From NCBI GenBank assembly GCA_963666985.2, contig CAXXIA010000002.1:3040001-3104000 (forward strand): DNA of 64,000 nucleotides. The letters run 5' to 3'. A model generated the notes under the pieces. It was not told where the DNA came from and did not search any database. It saw only the letters and a program-made list of their open reading frames with translations. Positions 38,917-48,783 of this stretch are shown one piece after another (within the stretch, counting starts at the first letter, position 1; each line of letters starts with the position of its first letter). Position numbers and translations under genes: made by a program. The stretch is from Spirochaetia bacterium. Lineage in GTDB: Bacteria > Spirochaetota > Spirochaetia > DSM-2461.

Positions 38917-40095
38917 CTACAGCCGCACTTCGCTCAGTTCCTTCTCTCCGCCGAGAAAAGCCGCGACTTCTCCCATTAAGCGGGAAATATTCAGCTTCTG
39001 CGGACACTTGGTTTCGCATTCGCCGCAGGAAACGCAGTGCAGAGCCCTCGAATCGGTTTTGGAAATGCCTTTCTCAAAAGATGTCAGCATCCAGGCATAT
39101 TTACCGCGGGCTCCGGCGATATCTCCGAACATCGCCGCATTATTAAACGTCTTGAAATTCTCCGGAATATCAACTCCCTGCGGACAGGGCCGGCAATAAC
39201 CGCATTCGGTACAGCCGATGGCTTTCAATTGCCGGTAGGCATTCCGGGCTTCGTCGAAGAGAGCCCTCTCTTCATCGTTTAAATCGCCGACGGAAGCTTC
39301 GGCGGCGATGTTTATGTTCTCGCGCGTCTGTGAAAGAGAACTCATGCCGCTTAAAACGATGCCGATTTCCCGCTGATCCCAGAGCCAGCGGAGCGCTCTT
39401 TCCACGGGAGTCCACTCCGGATGCGCCGATTTGGCCCAAATCTCTCGAATCGGCGGCGGCGGATCGGCCAGATTCCCTCCGAGCAGAGGTTCCATAATGA
39501 TCACGCCGATCCCTTTTTCATGGGCCAGTTTCAGACCTTTAAGACCGGCCTGTTCTTTCACGTCCATGAAATTGTACTGAATCTGACAAACATCCCAATC
39601 CCACCCGCCGAGGATGGTTTCAAAGGCGGGGTAGGCGTCGTGAAAGCTGAAACCCGCGTATCCAATCTCGCCGGATTCTTTTTTCGCGGCCAGCCAATCC
39701 AAAATGCCGAGATTCACCACGGTCTTCCATCGCTCGCCGTCCAGGGAGTGCAGAAGGTATACGTCAATGCGTTCTCTTTTTAGCCGCCGTTTCTGCTCGT
39801 CGAAGAACCGGTCCATATCCGCCGGCTCTTTTAAAAGCCAGCAAGGCATTTTATCCGCGATTTTTATCTTGTCGCGCCTTTCTCCCGTAACGGCGTCCGC
39901 TATGAACGATTCACTTTCCCCGTCGTGATAGGGCCAAGCCGTATCCAGGTAATCAACCCCCGCGTCGATGGCCTCATGGAGCATGGCCGCCGATTCTTTT
40001 CGTTCGATTTTCCCATTATGCGTGGGAAATCTCATGCAGCCGAAGCCGAGAGCGGACACTTCCGGACCTTTGGGACCGATTTTGCGACGATTCAT
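38917..40095 (-). CDS. Aldo/keto reductase with C-terminal 4Fe-4S domain
   Basis: LGFGCMRFP, DTAWPYH, QIQYN, MEPLLGG, CTECGYCRPCP, CVSCGECETKCPQ. Confidence 0.9.
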   Translation of the reverse strand: MNRRKIGPKGPEVSALGFGCMRFPTHNGKIERKESAAMLHEAIDAGVDYLDTAWPYHDGESESFIADAVTGERRDKIKIADKMPCWLLKEPADMDRFFDEQKRRLKRERIDVYLLHSLDGERWKTVVNLGILDWLAAKKESGEIGYAGFSFHDAYPAFETILGGWDWDVCQIQYNFMDVKEQAGLKGLKLAHEKGIGVIIMEPLLGGNLADPPPPIREIWAKSAHPEWTPVERALRWLWDQREIGIVLSGMSSLSQTRENINIAAEASVGDLNDEERALFDEARNAYRQLKAIGCTECGYCRPCPQGVDIPENFKTFNNAAMFGDIAGARGKYAWMLTSFEKGISKTDSRALHCVSCGECETKCPQKLNISRLMGEVAAFLGGEKELSEVRL

Positions 40096-40317
40096 GGAGC
40101 ACCTCCCGGGCGATCATTCACGTTATTATAAATATTTTCCGTTTTTCCGGGGAGGGCCAATACATCATCTCCTCTTCCGGTCCAATTTCCCGCATCCCTC
40201 GATTCGGCCGAATCCGGGATGAAGGAAGAACAGGAGGCCTCTCGCCGGGCCTGTCGGAGGTCCGATTTTTTCCGTGCCGGATCTTTTCAAAAACGCCGAA
40301 TCGGTTTCTCGCCGCTT

Positions 40318-40869
40318 TTATTCGGAGAAGGCGTTCTCAAGCTCGGCAAGGAATCCCTTGACATCACCGTTGATATACCGCTCTTTAATACGGCCCTGCT
40401 CGTCGAACGCTTCCCAAATATTTGCGATTCCGATTTGCGTGTCCAAGAGTTTCATGCCGAGAAAGTTCAGGATTTCCCGAAGCTGCCTAATCGAATGCAT
40501 AGCCCCGCCTCCGCCGTAACCGACAAAACCCACAGGCTTCCCTTTCCATTCTTTATAGAGGTAATCAACGGCGTTTTTAAGAGCCGGCGGATAACCATGA
40601 TTGTATTCGGGAGTAACGAAAACAAATCCGTCCGCGCTTCCGATCAAACGGCTCCAGCTTCGGGTCTGTTCATGCGAATATTCGCCGTTCCCCATTGAGG
40701 GGGGAACCGGTTCGTTCATGAACGGCAAGTTGATCTCCGCCAAATCGATGAGTTCAAAATCCAGATTGCCATCGAAGTTCGCCGTTTGGTTCATAAACCA
40801 TTCCGCAACTCTTTTCCCGGCCCGCCCGGTCCGAACGCTCCCGATGACGACTTTAATGTTCTTCTTCAT
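40318..40869 (-). CDS. NADPH-dependent FMN reductase
   Basis: IGSVRTGR, VTPEYNHGYPPALKNAVD, EWKGKP. Confidence 0.9.
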   Translation of the reverse strand: MKKNIKVVIGSVRTGRAGKRVAEWFMNQTANFDGNLDFELIDLAEINLPFMNEPVPPSMGNGEYSHEQTRSWSRLIGSADGFVFVTPEYNHGYPPALKNAVDYLYKEWKGKPVGFVGYGGGGAMHSIRQLREILNFLGMKLLDTQIGIANIWEAFDEQGRIKERYINGDVKGFLAELENAFSE

Positions 40870-41124
40870 TCTTTTCTCCCTTCATTGCGGTTCATGCGAA
40901 TGAAATATCTACGAAAATCATAAATATTATCAAAAAAATCAAGTTTAAACGGCTCATGAAGGATTGAAATAAACATAAAGGCAAACATACAAACAAACAC
41001 ATTTTTCAAGATAACCTGATCGAAAACGAATAAAAACAAAATAAAAAGCCAATGGTAAATCTTGAAAAAGCCGAAAGAAGGGAATATATTTGGTCGATAG
41101 AAAGGTAAGGCAAAGGAGTTCCCC

Positions 41125-41883
41125 TTGCAGCTCCTCAATGAAAGAGAACGGAAAATCATAGACATTCTCATCGAAAATCCCCGCATGGGGATGAACGACA
41201 TGAGTAAGCTTCTTGACGTTTCGACGGTAACCCTCCGAAGCGATTTCGATGATCTTGCCGATAAGGGCTACCTCATCCGAACTCGGGGCGGCGCCCTTCC
41301 GGCCTTTCATCCGGCCATTCTCGCCCGGCAAAAGACCTTTACCGAAGCGAAAACGGCCATCGCCAAAGCGGCCGCGGATCTCATATCCGACGGCGACACC
41401 GTCATGATTGAAGCCGGAACCACAACATCCCTCATCGGCCGTTTTCTGCTGGGCAAACGGGGAGTCAAGGTGGTTACCGATTCCACGCTCCTTTTGCCTT
41501 ATGCCCGTTCCAATCCCGCACTGCATCTGACCATCGTCGGAGGCATCTTCCATCCCGAGGCCGAATCCATGGTTGGTCCCATCGCGGTTGATCACCTCAA
41601 GCAGTTCCATGTGAAGACGGCGTTCATCGGAACCGACGGGCTTTCGGTGGAAAACGGACTTACAACGCATATGATGGAAGCTACGGAAGTCGTTCGGACC
41701 ATGCATAACAGGTCCGACAGAACGGTTCTCTTGGCCGATTCGGGGAAATGGGGACAGGCCGGTTTTGCACGCATCATACCCTTGGATGAAGTTGATATTC
41801 TGGTAACCGACTCCGGACTTTCGGAATCGGCCCGAGATGAAATTAGAACGATGGGGATAGAACTCCTCGTCGCCGAACCGTAA
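41125..41883 (+). CDS. DeoR/GlpR-family transcriptional regulator
   Basis: HTH VSTVTLRSD...RTRGGA, EAGTTT, AFIGTDG, LADSGK; TTG start with AAGGAG RBS. Confidence 0.92.
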   Translation: MQLLNERERKIIDILIENPRMGMNDMSKLLDVSTVTLRSDFDDLADKGYLIRTRGGALPAFHPAILARQKTFTEAKTAIAKAAADLISDGDTVMIEAGTTTSLIGRFLLGKRGVKVVTDSTLLLPYARSNPALHLTIVGGIFHPEAESMVGPIAVDHLKQFHVKTAFIGTDGLSVENGLTTHMMEATEVVRTMHNRSDRTVLLADSGKWGQAGFARIIPLDEVDILVTDSGLSESARDEIRTMGIELLVAEP

Positions 41884-41893
41884 AGGAAGGACT

Positions 41894-43333
41894 ATGGCAC
41901 AAGAAATCGTCATGCCCAAACTGGGCAACACCGTCGAATCGGTGGTCATCTTGGAATGGCGCAAGAATATCGGAGAGAGCATCGCCGTCGGGGAGGTTCT
42001 CTGCGAAGTGGAGACCGACAAAGCGACACTCGACGTGGAGGCCGAAATTGCTGGCACCCTTCTGGCCAGATATTATGAAGCGGACGATGAAGTGGCCGTT
42101 CTTGTGCCCTTCGCCGTTATCGGCGAGGCCGGAGAGGATGTTTCTTCTTTTGCAGCCGCCGAAGCTTCATCTTCTGAAGCCTCATCCGTTTCGGATCAGG
42201 GCGCTCCCACCGATACCGGCGCTTCCTCGGCCGCCCCGGCCGCACAGACCGCCTCCTCCGCGGACGGGAAAGGCGGCGCCTTATCCGATCAGGCCGCAGG
42301 CAACTCGGCCGCGCCGGGAATCTCTCCCCGCGCCCGAAACCTGGCCGCCTCGTCGGGCCTCGGCGGCCTTCCCGCCGCCGGCAGCGGCCCCGGCGGCCGA
42401 ATCATCGAACCGGATGTACGGGCCGCCCTTGAGGGACGCATGCCCCTGACTCCCGCGGCCCTGGCCGCCGGCGGTCCGGCTCCCGCGGTCGGAACCGGAA
42501 TCGGCGGCCGTGTGACGGCAGCCGATGCGGCCGGTTATGCGGGCCTTCCCGCCGGGGCGGCCGAGGCTTCCGCGGCAAGCCGAGCGCCTTCCATGCCCGC
42601 CGCGTCCGTTTTTTCACGTACGGAAGAGTTCCCCGGCCCCGTGGAGAGCATCCCTGTGAAGGGAGTGCGCAAAGTTATCGCCAAGAGTATGTATGCCTCC
42701 CTGCATGAAACGGCTCAGCTGACTCTGAATTCCTCGGCGAATGCCGCCGCTTTGCTTTCCTGGCGCGCCGGCTTTAAGAACAGTCCGGAAGATATGGGAC
42801 TCTCGAAGATTTCCATCAACGATTTGGTGATGTATGCCGTCGCCAAACTTCTGCCGCTGCATCCGGGCCTTAATGCCCATTTCCTGGGGTCTGAAATCAA
42901 ACGGTTTCGGCATGTCCATTTGGGATGCGCCGTGGATACGCCCAAGGGACTCATGGTTCCGGTTATCCGTTATGCCGATACACTCTCGCTCTCGCAGCTC
43001 TCGGCGGAAACACGCCGACTCGCCGCGGCCTGCCGGGATGGAAAGGCCCTCCCCGATGAGCTTTCGGGCGGCACGTTCACCGTTACCAATCTGGGTGCTT
43101 TCGGCATCGAGAGCTTCACTCCGGTTCTCAACGCGCCGGAAGCGGCCATCCTCGGTGTGGGGACTATCACGAACGCGGCCGTCGAAAAGCCCGACGGAAG
43201 CCTCGGAATCGAAAAGAGGCTGGGACTCTCGCTCACCATAGACCATCAGGCGGTTGACGGAGCGCCCGGTGCCCGATTCCTGAAGGATCTCTCCGATATG
43301 ATCGCGCATTTGGAATGGGCAATGGCCCTGTAG
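41894..43333 (+). CDS. Dihydrolipoamide acyltransferase (E2)
   Basis: Lipoyl domain EVETDKA, E3-binding ISPRARNLA...GSGPGGRII, catalytic DHQAVDGA. Confidence 0.93.
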   Translation: MAQEIVMPKLGNTVESVVILEWRKNIGESIAVGEVLCEVETDKATLDVEAEIAGTLLARYYEADDEVAVLVPFAVIGEAGEDVSSFAAAEASSSEASSVSDQGAPTDTGASSAAPAAQTASSADGKGGALSDQAAGNSAAPGISPRARNLAASSGLGGLPAAGSGPGGRIIEPDVRAALEGRMPLTPAALAAGGPAPAVGTGIGGRVTAADAAGYAGLPAGAAEASAASRAPSMPAASVFSRTEEFPGPVESIPVKGVRKVIAKSMYASLHETAQLTLNSSANAAALLSWRAGFKNSPEDMGLSKISINDLVMYAVAKLLPLHPGLNAHFLGSEIKRFRHVHLGCAVDTPKGLMVPVIRYADTLSLSQLSAETRRLAAACRDGKALPDELSGGTFTVTNLGAFGIESFTPVLNAPEAAILGVGTITNAAVEKPDGSLGIEKRLGLSLTIDHQAVDGAPGARFLKDLSDMIAHLEWAMAL

Positions 43334-43336
43334 AAG

Positions 43337-43497
43337 GAGGCTTCTTCAAAATGTGTCTTTGGTCCGTATACTGTGTTCGGCGATGCTCGAAATGCTCATG
43401 TAGTTTTACTACACTGCGCTTTCTGTGCTTCGGCGGCAGCGAGCTGCGAGTCTCGCTCGCTATCTACGAACAAAATCCATCATTTTGAAGAAGCCTC
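43337..43497. repeat. 161-bp palindromic MITE-like element (RPE1-like core)
   Basis: Perfect 17-bp terminal inverted repeats GAGGCTTCTTCAAAATG; central GCTCA-TGTAG-tttta-CTACA-CTGCGCT. Confidence 0.7.
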
Positions 43498-43520
43498 TAG
43501 GAAATATAAGGAAGAAGTGC

Positions 43521-44861
43521 ATGAGTAATTACGATCTGATCATCGTTGGCGGCGGACCCGGAGGGTACAACGCCGCCGAACGCGCCGCGGCCGGAGGACT
43601 GAAAACCCTGGTGGTGGAAAAAGAACACCTGGGCGGTGTTTGTCTGAACCGCGGGTGCATTCCCACGAAAACGCTTTTGGCCGCGGCCAAGCATTACCAT
43701 ATTGCAACAGGCAGCGCCGAGTTCGGCGTGAAAGCCGCCGATGTCACCATGGACTGGCCGACGGCCATGAAGAGAAAGGTCAAGACGGTCCGGGCTCTGC
43801 GCTCGGGCGTGGGAACCAAACTCAAGAAACATCACGTCGATGTTATCGAGGGAGAGGCGCGTTTTACCGGTCCTAAGGAAATCGAGGTGAACGGCGAACG
43901 TCACGGCGCCTCCAAGATGCTCATCGCCACGGGCTCGCGTCCCTTCATCCCGCCCATCCCCGGAGCCGATTCCCCGTCGGTGATGACCAGCCGGGAAATC
44001 CTGGATATCGATCACATCCCGGAATCCCTCGTGGTGATCGGCGGCGGCGTGATCGGTCTGGAATTCGCCTCGTTGTTCTCCACGCTGGGAACGAAGGTGA
44101 CCATCGTGGAAATGCTCCCTGAGATCGTACCGTCGCTGGATGCCGAGGTGGCGGCTCTGCTTCGCGGGCGCCTGGAAAAGCAGGTAACCTTTAAACTCGG
44201 CGCCAAGGTTGAGAAAATCGACGGAAACACGGTGCACTATACGGACTCAAACGGTGCGGGAAACGCCGCCGGCGAAGTTATTTTGATGTCCGTGGGACGT
44301 CGCCCCGTCACCGACGGCTTGGGCCTGAAAGAAATCGGACTGGATATTCAGCGCGGCGCGATTGTTGTTGATGAGCACATGAGGACGAATCTGCCCGGAG
44401 TGTGGGCCGCCGGAGACTGCACCGGAAAGAGCCTCTTGGCTCATTCGGCCTACCGCATGGGCGAGGTTGCCGTCAACGATATGCTTTCCAAAGCGGATCG
44501 GATGCGCTACAGCGCCGTTCCTTCGGTGGTGTACAGCATCCCCGAAGCGGCGGGAGTGGGCTTAACCGAAGCGGACGCGGCGAAGGCCGGCCGAGAGGTG
44601 ATCACCAAGCAGCTCCCCATGCAGTACAGCGGCCGCTATCTGGCCGAATACGGTCAGCAGCCCGGTTTCGGAAAAATCGTGATCGACGCGAAAACCCGCG
44701 TTCTTCTCGGCGTGCATCTGGTCGGCGCTCAGTGCTCGGAGATGATTTGGGGAGCCGCCGCTCTGATTGAGGCCGAATTCCGCGTGGATGAAGTGAAGGA
44801 ACTCATTTTCCCGCATCCGACGGTCTCTGAAATCATACGGGAAACGGCCTGGGAGTTTTAG
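43521..44861 (+). CDS. lpdA: Dihydrolipoamide dehydrogenase (E3)
   Basis: GGGPGGY, GGVCLNRGCIPTK, GGGVIGLE, HPTVSE. Confidence 0.95.
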   Translation: MSNYDLIIVGGGPGGYNAAERAAAGGLKTLVVEKEHLGGVCLNRGCIPTKTLLAAAKHYHIATGSAEFGVKAADVTMDWPTAMKRKVKTVRALRSGVGTKLKKHHVDVIEGEARFTGPKEIEVNGERHGASKMLIATGSRPFIPPIPGADSPSVMTSREILDIDHIPESLVVIGGGVIGLEFASLFSTLGTKVTIVEMLPEIVPSLDAEVAALLRGRLEKQVTFKLGAKVEKIDGNTVHYTDSNGAGNAAGEVILMSVGRRPVTDGLGLKEIGLDIQRGAIVVDEHMRTNLPGVWAAGDCTGKSLLAHSAYRMGEVAVNDMLSKADRMRYSAVPSVVYSIPEAAGVGLTEADAAKAGREVITKQLPMQYSGRYLAEYGQQPGFGKIVIDAKTRVLLGVHLVGAQCSEMIWGAAALIEAEFRVDEVKELIFPHPTVSEIIRETAWEF

Positions 44862-44992
44862 CGGACCGATTGTCCGTCCTCGGGTGAAAGGGACGCTTGG
44901 ACCGTTAAGCGACAGGCGTCATGGAAGAGAAATCAGAACACCGGCGGCGTTCGCCGGTGAGTCGGAATATTAGGAACCAAGGAGATCATCCA

Positions 44993-47449
44993 ATGCCCAA
45001 ATGCCAAATCGTCGACCCCAAAGAGGTTCGTAAAAGCGGTAAAATTAAGTTTAACGACATTCCGGTCAATCAGTATAAAAGCGACTACGCCAAGGAAGTG
45101 AAGACCTGGGGCGTGGAACGGCTGAAAGCGGCCTACTACCACATGCTGCTTATCCGGGAATTCGAAACGGTGATGGATTCCATCAAGAAAACCGGTGCCT
45201 ACAAGGGCGTGGAATACAATCACGCGGGACCGGCGCATTTGTCCGTCGGTCAGGAAGCCGCCGCGGTCGGTCAGTCCATGGCCCTCACTCACGAGGACTT
45301 TATTTTCGGTTCCCACCGTTCCCACGGCGAGATTCTGGCCAAGACGCTTTCGGCCGTCGTTACGATGGACGAGGCGGATCTTTTGAACATCATGAAGGAG
45401 TACTGGGGCGGCGAAATTCTCTCGGTTGTGGAGAAAAGCGGATCCTCGGATGTTCGGGATTTAACCGTGGACTTCATCCTCTACGGCACCATGGCCGAAA
45501 TTTTCGCGCGGAAAGCCGGCTTCAACCGGGGCTTGGGCGGTTCCATGCATACCTTCTTCCCGCCCTTCGGCTCCATGCCGAACAACGCCATCGTGGGCGG
45601 AAGCGGCGATATTTCCGTCGGAGCGGCGCTTTACAAGAGAATCAACCGGAAGCCGGGCATCGTTATCGGCAACATCGGTGATGCCGCCATGGGCTGCGGA
45701 CCGGTGTGGGAAGGCCTGATGATGGCTTCGATGGATCAGTACAAAACCCTCTGGGACAAGGAGGTGGGCGGTGCGCCTCCGGTGCTGCTGAATTTCTTCA
45801 ACAATTTCTACGGCATGGGCGGTCAGCCGGTGGGCGAAACCATGGGATTCGGCATGCTGGCCCGATTGGGCGCCGGAATCAATCCCGACAATATGCATTC
45901 CGAACGGGTGGACGGCTATAATCCGCTGGCGGTGGCCGACGCCACGGCCCGAAAGAAGAAGATTCTCCTCGCCGGCGACGGTCCTGCCATGCTGGATGTG
46001 GTGACTTACCGGCTTTCGGGCCACAGTCCTTCGGACGCATCGAGCTACCGCACCAAGGAAGAAACCGAACTCTGGCAGGCTCAGGACTGTCTTGAAGGTT
46101 ACGAGGCCTATCTGAAAAAGAACGGAGCCCTGGACGATTCGGCCATAGGCGCGTATCGGGAAACGGTGGATAAAAAGCTGATGGATACGTTCCTGAAAGC
46201 CATCGATTTGAAGATTTCACCGCGGCCCGAAGGACGCTTTATCGAGTCGGTTATGTTCTCCAACCAAAAAGTGGAGGCCTTCGACGACAGAGAGCCTGAA
46301 ATGCTCCAGAAGCCGGAAGACAATGAGCGGGTGAAGAGTCTGAAGAAGAAGATCCGGAGTGCCAAGGACGAGAACGGCAAGCCGGTGAGTTCCGCCAAGC
46401 TGTTCGCGTTCCGGGATGCGCTTTTCGAGGCCATGATTCACCGTTATTCCATCGATCCGACTCTGGCGGCCTGGGGCGAGGAAAACCGGGACTGGGGCGG
46501 AGCTTTCGCGGTTTACAGAGGGCTCACCGAAGCGATTCCCTACCACCGGCTGTTCAATTCTCCGATTTCCGAAGGCGCCATCGTCGGCGCGGGCGTGGGG
46601 TATGCCCTCTCGGGCGGCCGGGCGGTTGTGGAACTGATGTACTGCGACTTCCTGGGCCGGGCCGGGGACGAGGTGTTCAACCAGATGTCCAAGTGGCAGA
46701 GCATGAGCGCCGGTGTTCTGAAAATGCCTCTGACTCTGCGGGTTTCGGTGGGCGCCAAGTACGGGGCGCAGCATGCTCAGGACTGGACCTCCCTGGTGGC
46801 TCATATCCCCGGACTGAAAGTCTATTTCCCGGCGACTCCCACGGACGCCAAGGGTATGCTGAACCTGGCCCTTTCCGGCACCGATCCGGTGGTGTTCCTG
46901 GAGAGCCAGAGACTCTACGGCATCGGAGAAGAGTTCGAACCGGGCGGTGTCCCCGAGGGCTATTACGAAACCCCCGAAGGTGTTCCCGCGGTGCGGAAGC
47001 AGGGAAAGGATCTGACGATCATCACTTTGGGCGCGACGCTTTACACGGCGCTGAAGGCCGCGGACACGTTGGCCGAAACATACGGGGTGGACGCCGAGGT
47101 TATCGATATGCGCTTCGTGAATCCGCTGAATTACGATGTTCTGGCCGAATCGGTGAAAAAGACCGGCCGGGTGATTTTGGCTTCCGACGCGGTGGAGCGG
47201 GGCAACTATCTGCAGACCGTGGCCAACAATTTGAGCCAGATCTGCTTCGACTCTCTGGATGCCCCGCCGGTGGTGCTGGGGTCACGCAACTGGATTTCTC
47301 CGGCGGCGGAAATGGAGAGCGACTTCTTTCCGCAGAGCGAATGGCTTATAGACCTGGTGCATGAGCGGATTCTTCCTCTTAAGGGTCATGTTCCCACAAC
47401 GGTACAGACCATCGGCGAACTGATTCGCCGGGAGAGGAGCGGCGTGTGA
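44993..47449 (+). CDS. Fused alpha/beta E1 ThDP-dependent dehydrogenase (acetoin / 2-oxoacid dehydrogenase-like)
   Basis: [21 protein letters not shown], ThDP motif GDAA...NNFYGM, YRLSGHS; beta part [32 protein letters not shown]. Confidence 0.9.
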   Translation: MPKCQIVDPKEVRKSGKIKFNDIPVNQYKSDYAKEVKTWGVERLKAAYYHMLLIREFETVMDSIKKTGAYKGVEYNHAGPAHLSVGQEAAAVGQSMALTHEDFIFGSHRSHGEILAKTLSAVVTMDEADLLNIMKEYWGGEILSVVEKSGSSDVRDLTVDFILYGTMAEIFARKAGFNRGLGGSMHTFFPPFGSMPNNAIVGGSGDISVGAALYKRINRKPGIVIGNIGDAAMGCGPVWEGLMMASMDQYKTLWDKEVGGAPPVLLNFFNNFYGMGGQPVGETMGFGMLARLGAGINPDNMHSERVDGYNPLAVADATARKKKILLAGDGPAMLDVVTYRLSGHSPSDASSYRTKEETELWQAQDCLEGYEAYLKKNGALDDSAIGAYRETVDKKLMDTFLKAIDLKISPRPEGRFIESVMFSNQKVEAFDDREPEMLQKPEDNERVKSLKKKIRSAKDENGKPVSSAKLFAFRDALFEAMIHRYSIDPTLAAWGEENRDWGGAFAVYRGLTEAIPYHRLFNSPISEGAIVGAGVGYALSGGRAVVELMYCDFLGRAGDEVFNQMSKWQSMSAGVLKMPLTLRVSVGAKYGAQHAQDWTSLVAHIPGLKVYFPATPTDAKGMLNLALSGTDPVVFLESQRLYGIGEEFEPGGVPEGYYETPEGVPAVRKQGKDLTIITLGATLYTALKAADTLAETYGVDAEVIDMRFVNPLNYDVLAESVKKTGRVILASDAVERGNYLQTVANNLSQICFDSLDAPPVVLGSRNWISPAAEMESDFFPQSEWLIDLVHERILPLKGHVPTTVQTIGELIRRERSGV

Positions 47450-48783
47450 GCAGCAAGGCCGAACTGGAGGCTTTGAGACTCGACGGGAGCGACGCGGCCT
47501 CCCGGCTGGCGCGGCTGGAGGAAAAGCTGGCGGCGGATCGCACGGCGGGGTTCGCTCCGCCGAAGACCGGCGAGGTGAACAACCATATCCACACGAGTTA
47601 CTCTTTCAGTCCTTATTCGCCCGCCGAGGCGGCCTACGGCGCCTGGCGGGCCGGGCTGGAAGCGGCCGGGATTGTGGACCATGAATCGGTTTCCGGCTGC
47701 GCCGAAATGAGTGAAGCCGGAAAACGGATCGGTCTGGGCGTAACCTCGGGCTGCGAGCTTCGGGTGGATGCCGCCGGGACGCCGCTTGAGGGCCGCCGGA
47801 TTAACAATCCGGACTCGCTGGGGCTGCTGTACATGGTGATTCACGGCATCCCGAAAAGCGGCCTGGCCGAAGTGGACGCGTACCTGGCGAAAATCCGGAA
47901 ATCCCGGAACGCGAGAATGCGGGACCAGACCGCGGCGCTGAACGGTATTCTGGCCGAAGCGGGACTGCCGATCCTGGATTTCGATGACGATGTGGCGGCG
48001 ATTTCCAGGAGTGCCGAGGGCGGCAGCATCACCGAACGGCACATCCTTTTCGCTCTGGCGAAAAAGGCGGCGGATGCCTACGGACGCGGAGAAACGCTGG
48101 TCGGAATGCTGGATTCGGCTTTCGGGCTCTCGGTGCCGCCGGTTATCGCTCAGCGTCTTTCCGATCCGGAGAATCCCCATTTTCTCTACGATCTTCTGGG
48201 TCTGTTTAAAGGATCTCTGGTGCCGCGATTCTTCCGGCAGCCGGATTCCGTTGAGTGTCCGCCGGCGGCCGAAGCGACCGCCCTGGCCGCTCGGGTGGGC
48301 GCCATTCCCGCTTATCCTTATCTGGGCGATGTGGGCGAGTCTCCCACGGGCGATAAGAAGGCCGAGAAGTATGAGGACGATTGGCTGGAAGAACTGTTTG
48401 AGGTTCTGCCCGAGATGGGCTATAAGGCCGTAACCTACATGCCTCCGCGGAATACGAAAGAGCAGCTTTCGCGGGTGAAGGATTTCTGCGGCAAAAAGGG
48501 CCTGATGCAGATCTCCGGCGTGGATATCAATTCTTCGCGGCAGGATTTTCGGTGCCCCGAAGTAACCGATCCCGATTTCGTGCATTTGAACGACAGCACG
48601 TGGGCCCTGATTGCCCATGAACATCTTTCGAATCACGGCGGTCCGGGGCTCTTCGACGAGGCTTCGCCCATGAAGGACGCGCCTTTGGAAATTCGGCTGG
48701 ATATTTACGCGAGAATCGGCCGGCGAATGGATCCTTCGCATCCGGAAACCATTCTCGCCGCGGCCAAACGGGAGGGCTTATGA
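47446..48783 (+). CDS. PHP-domain protein (putative metallophosphoesterase)
   Basis: [21 protein letters not shown] metal-binding motifs; GTGA overlap with the E1 stop. Confidence 0.75.
   Translation: MSSKAELEALRLDGSDAASRLARLEEKLAADRTAGFAPPKTGEVNNHIHTSYSFSPYSPAEAAYGAWRAGLEAAGIVDHESVSGCAEMSEAGKRIGLGVTSGCELRVDAAGTPLEGRRINNPDSLGLLYMVIHGIPKSGLAEVDAYLAKIRKSRNARMRDQTAALNGILAEAGLPILDFDDDVAAISRSAEGGSITERHILFALAKKAADAYGRGETLVGMLDSAFGLSVPPVIAQRLSDPENPHFLYDLLGLFKGSLVPRFFRQPDSVECPPAAEATALAARVGAIPAYPYLGDVGESPTGDKKAEKYEDDWLEELFEVLPEMGYKAVTYMPPRNTKEQLSRVKDFCGKKGLMQISGVDINSSRQDFRCPEVTDPDFVHLNDSTWALIAHEHLSNHGGPGLFDEASPMKDAPLEIRLDIYARIGRRMDPSHPETILAAAKREGL

Noticed and set aside
43425..43520. N-terminal extension of E3 reading through the palindromic element
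   Set aside because: Homology begins at MSNYDLII (43521), which has a purine-rich upstream RBS region; the extension is incidental
41894..47449. Calling E1/E2/E3 the housekeeping pyruvate dehydrogenase (pdhABC)
   Set aside because: Fused, extended E1, reversed gene order and coupling to sugar-phosphate enzymes under DeoR; substrate cannot be assigned from sequence
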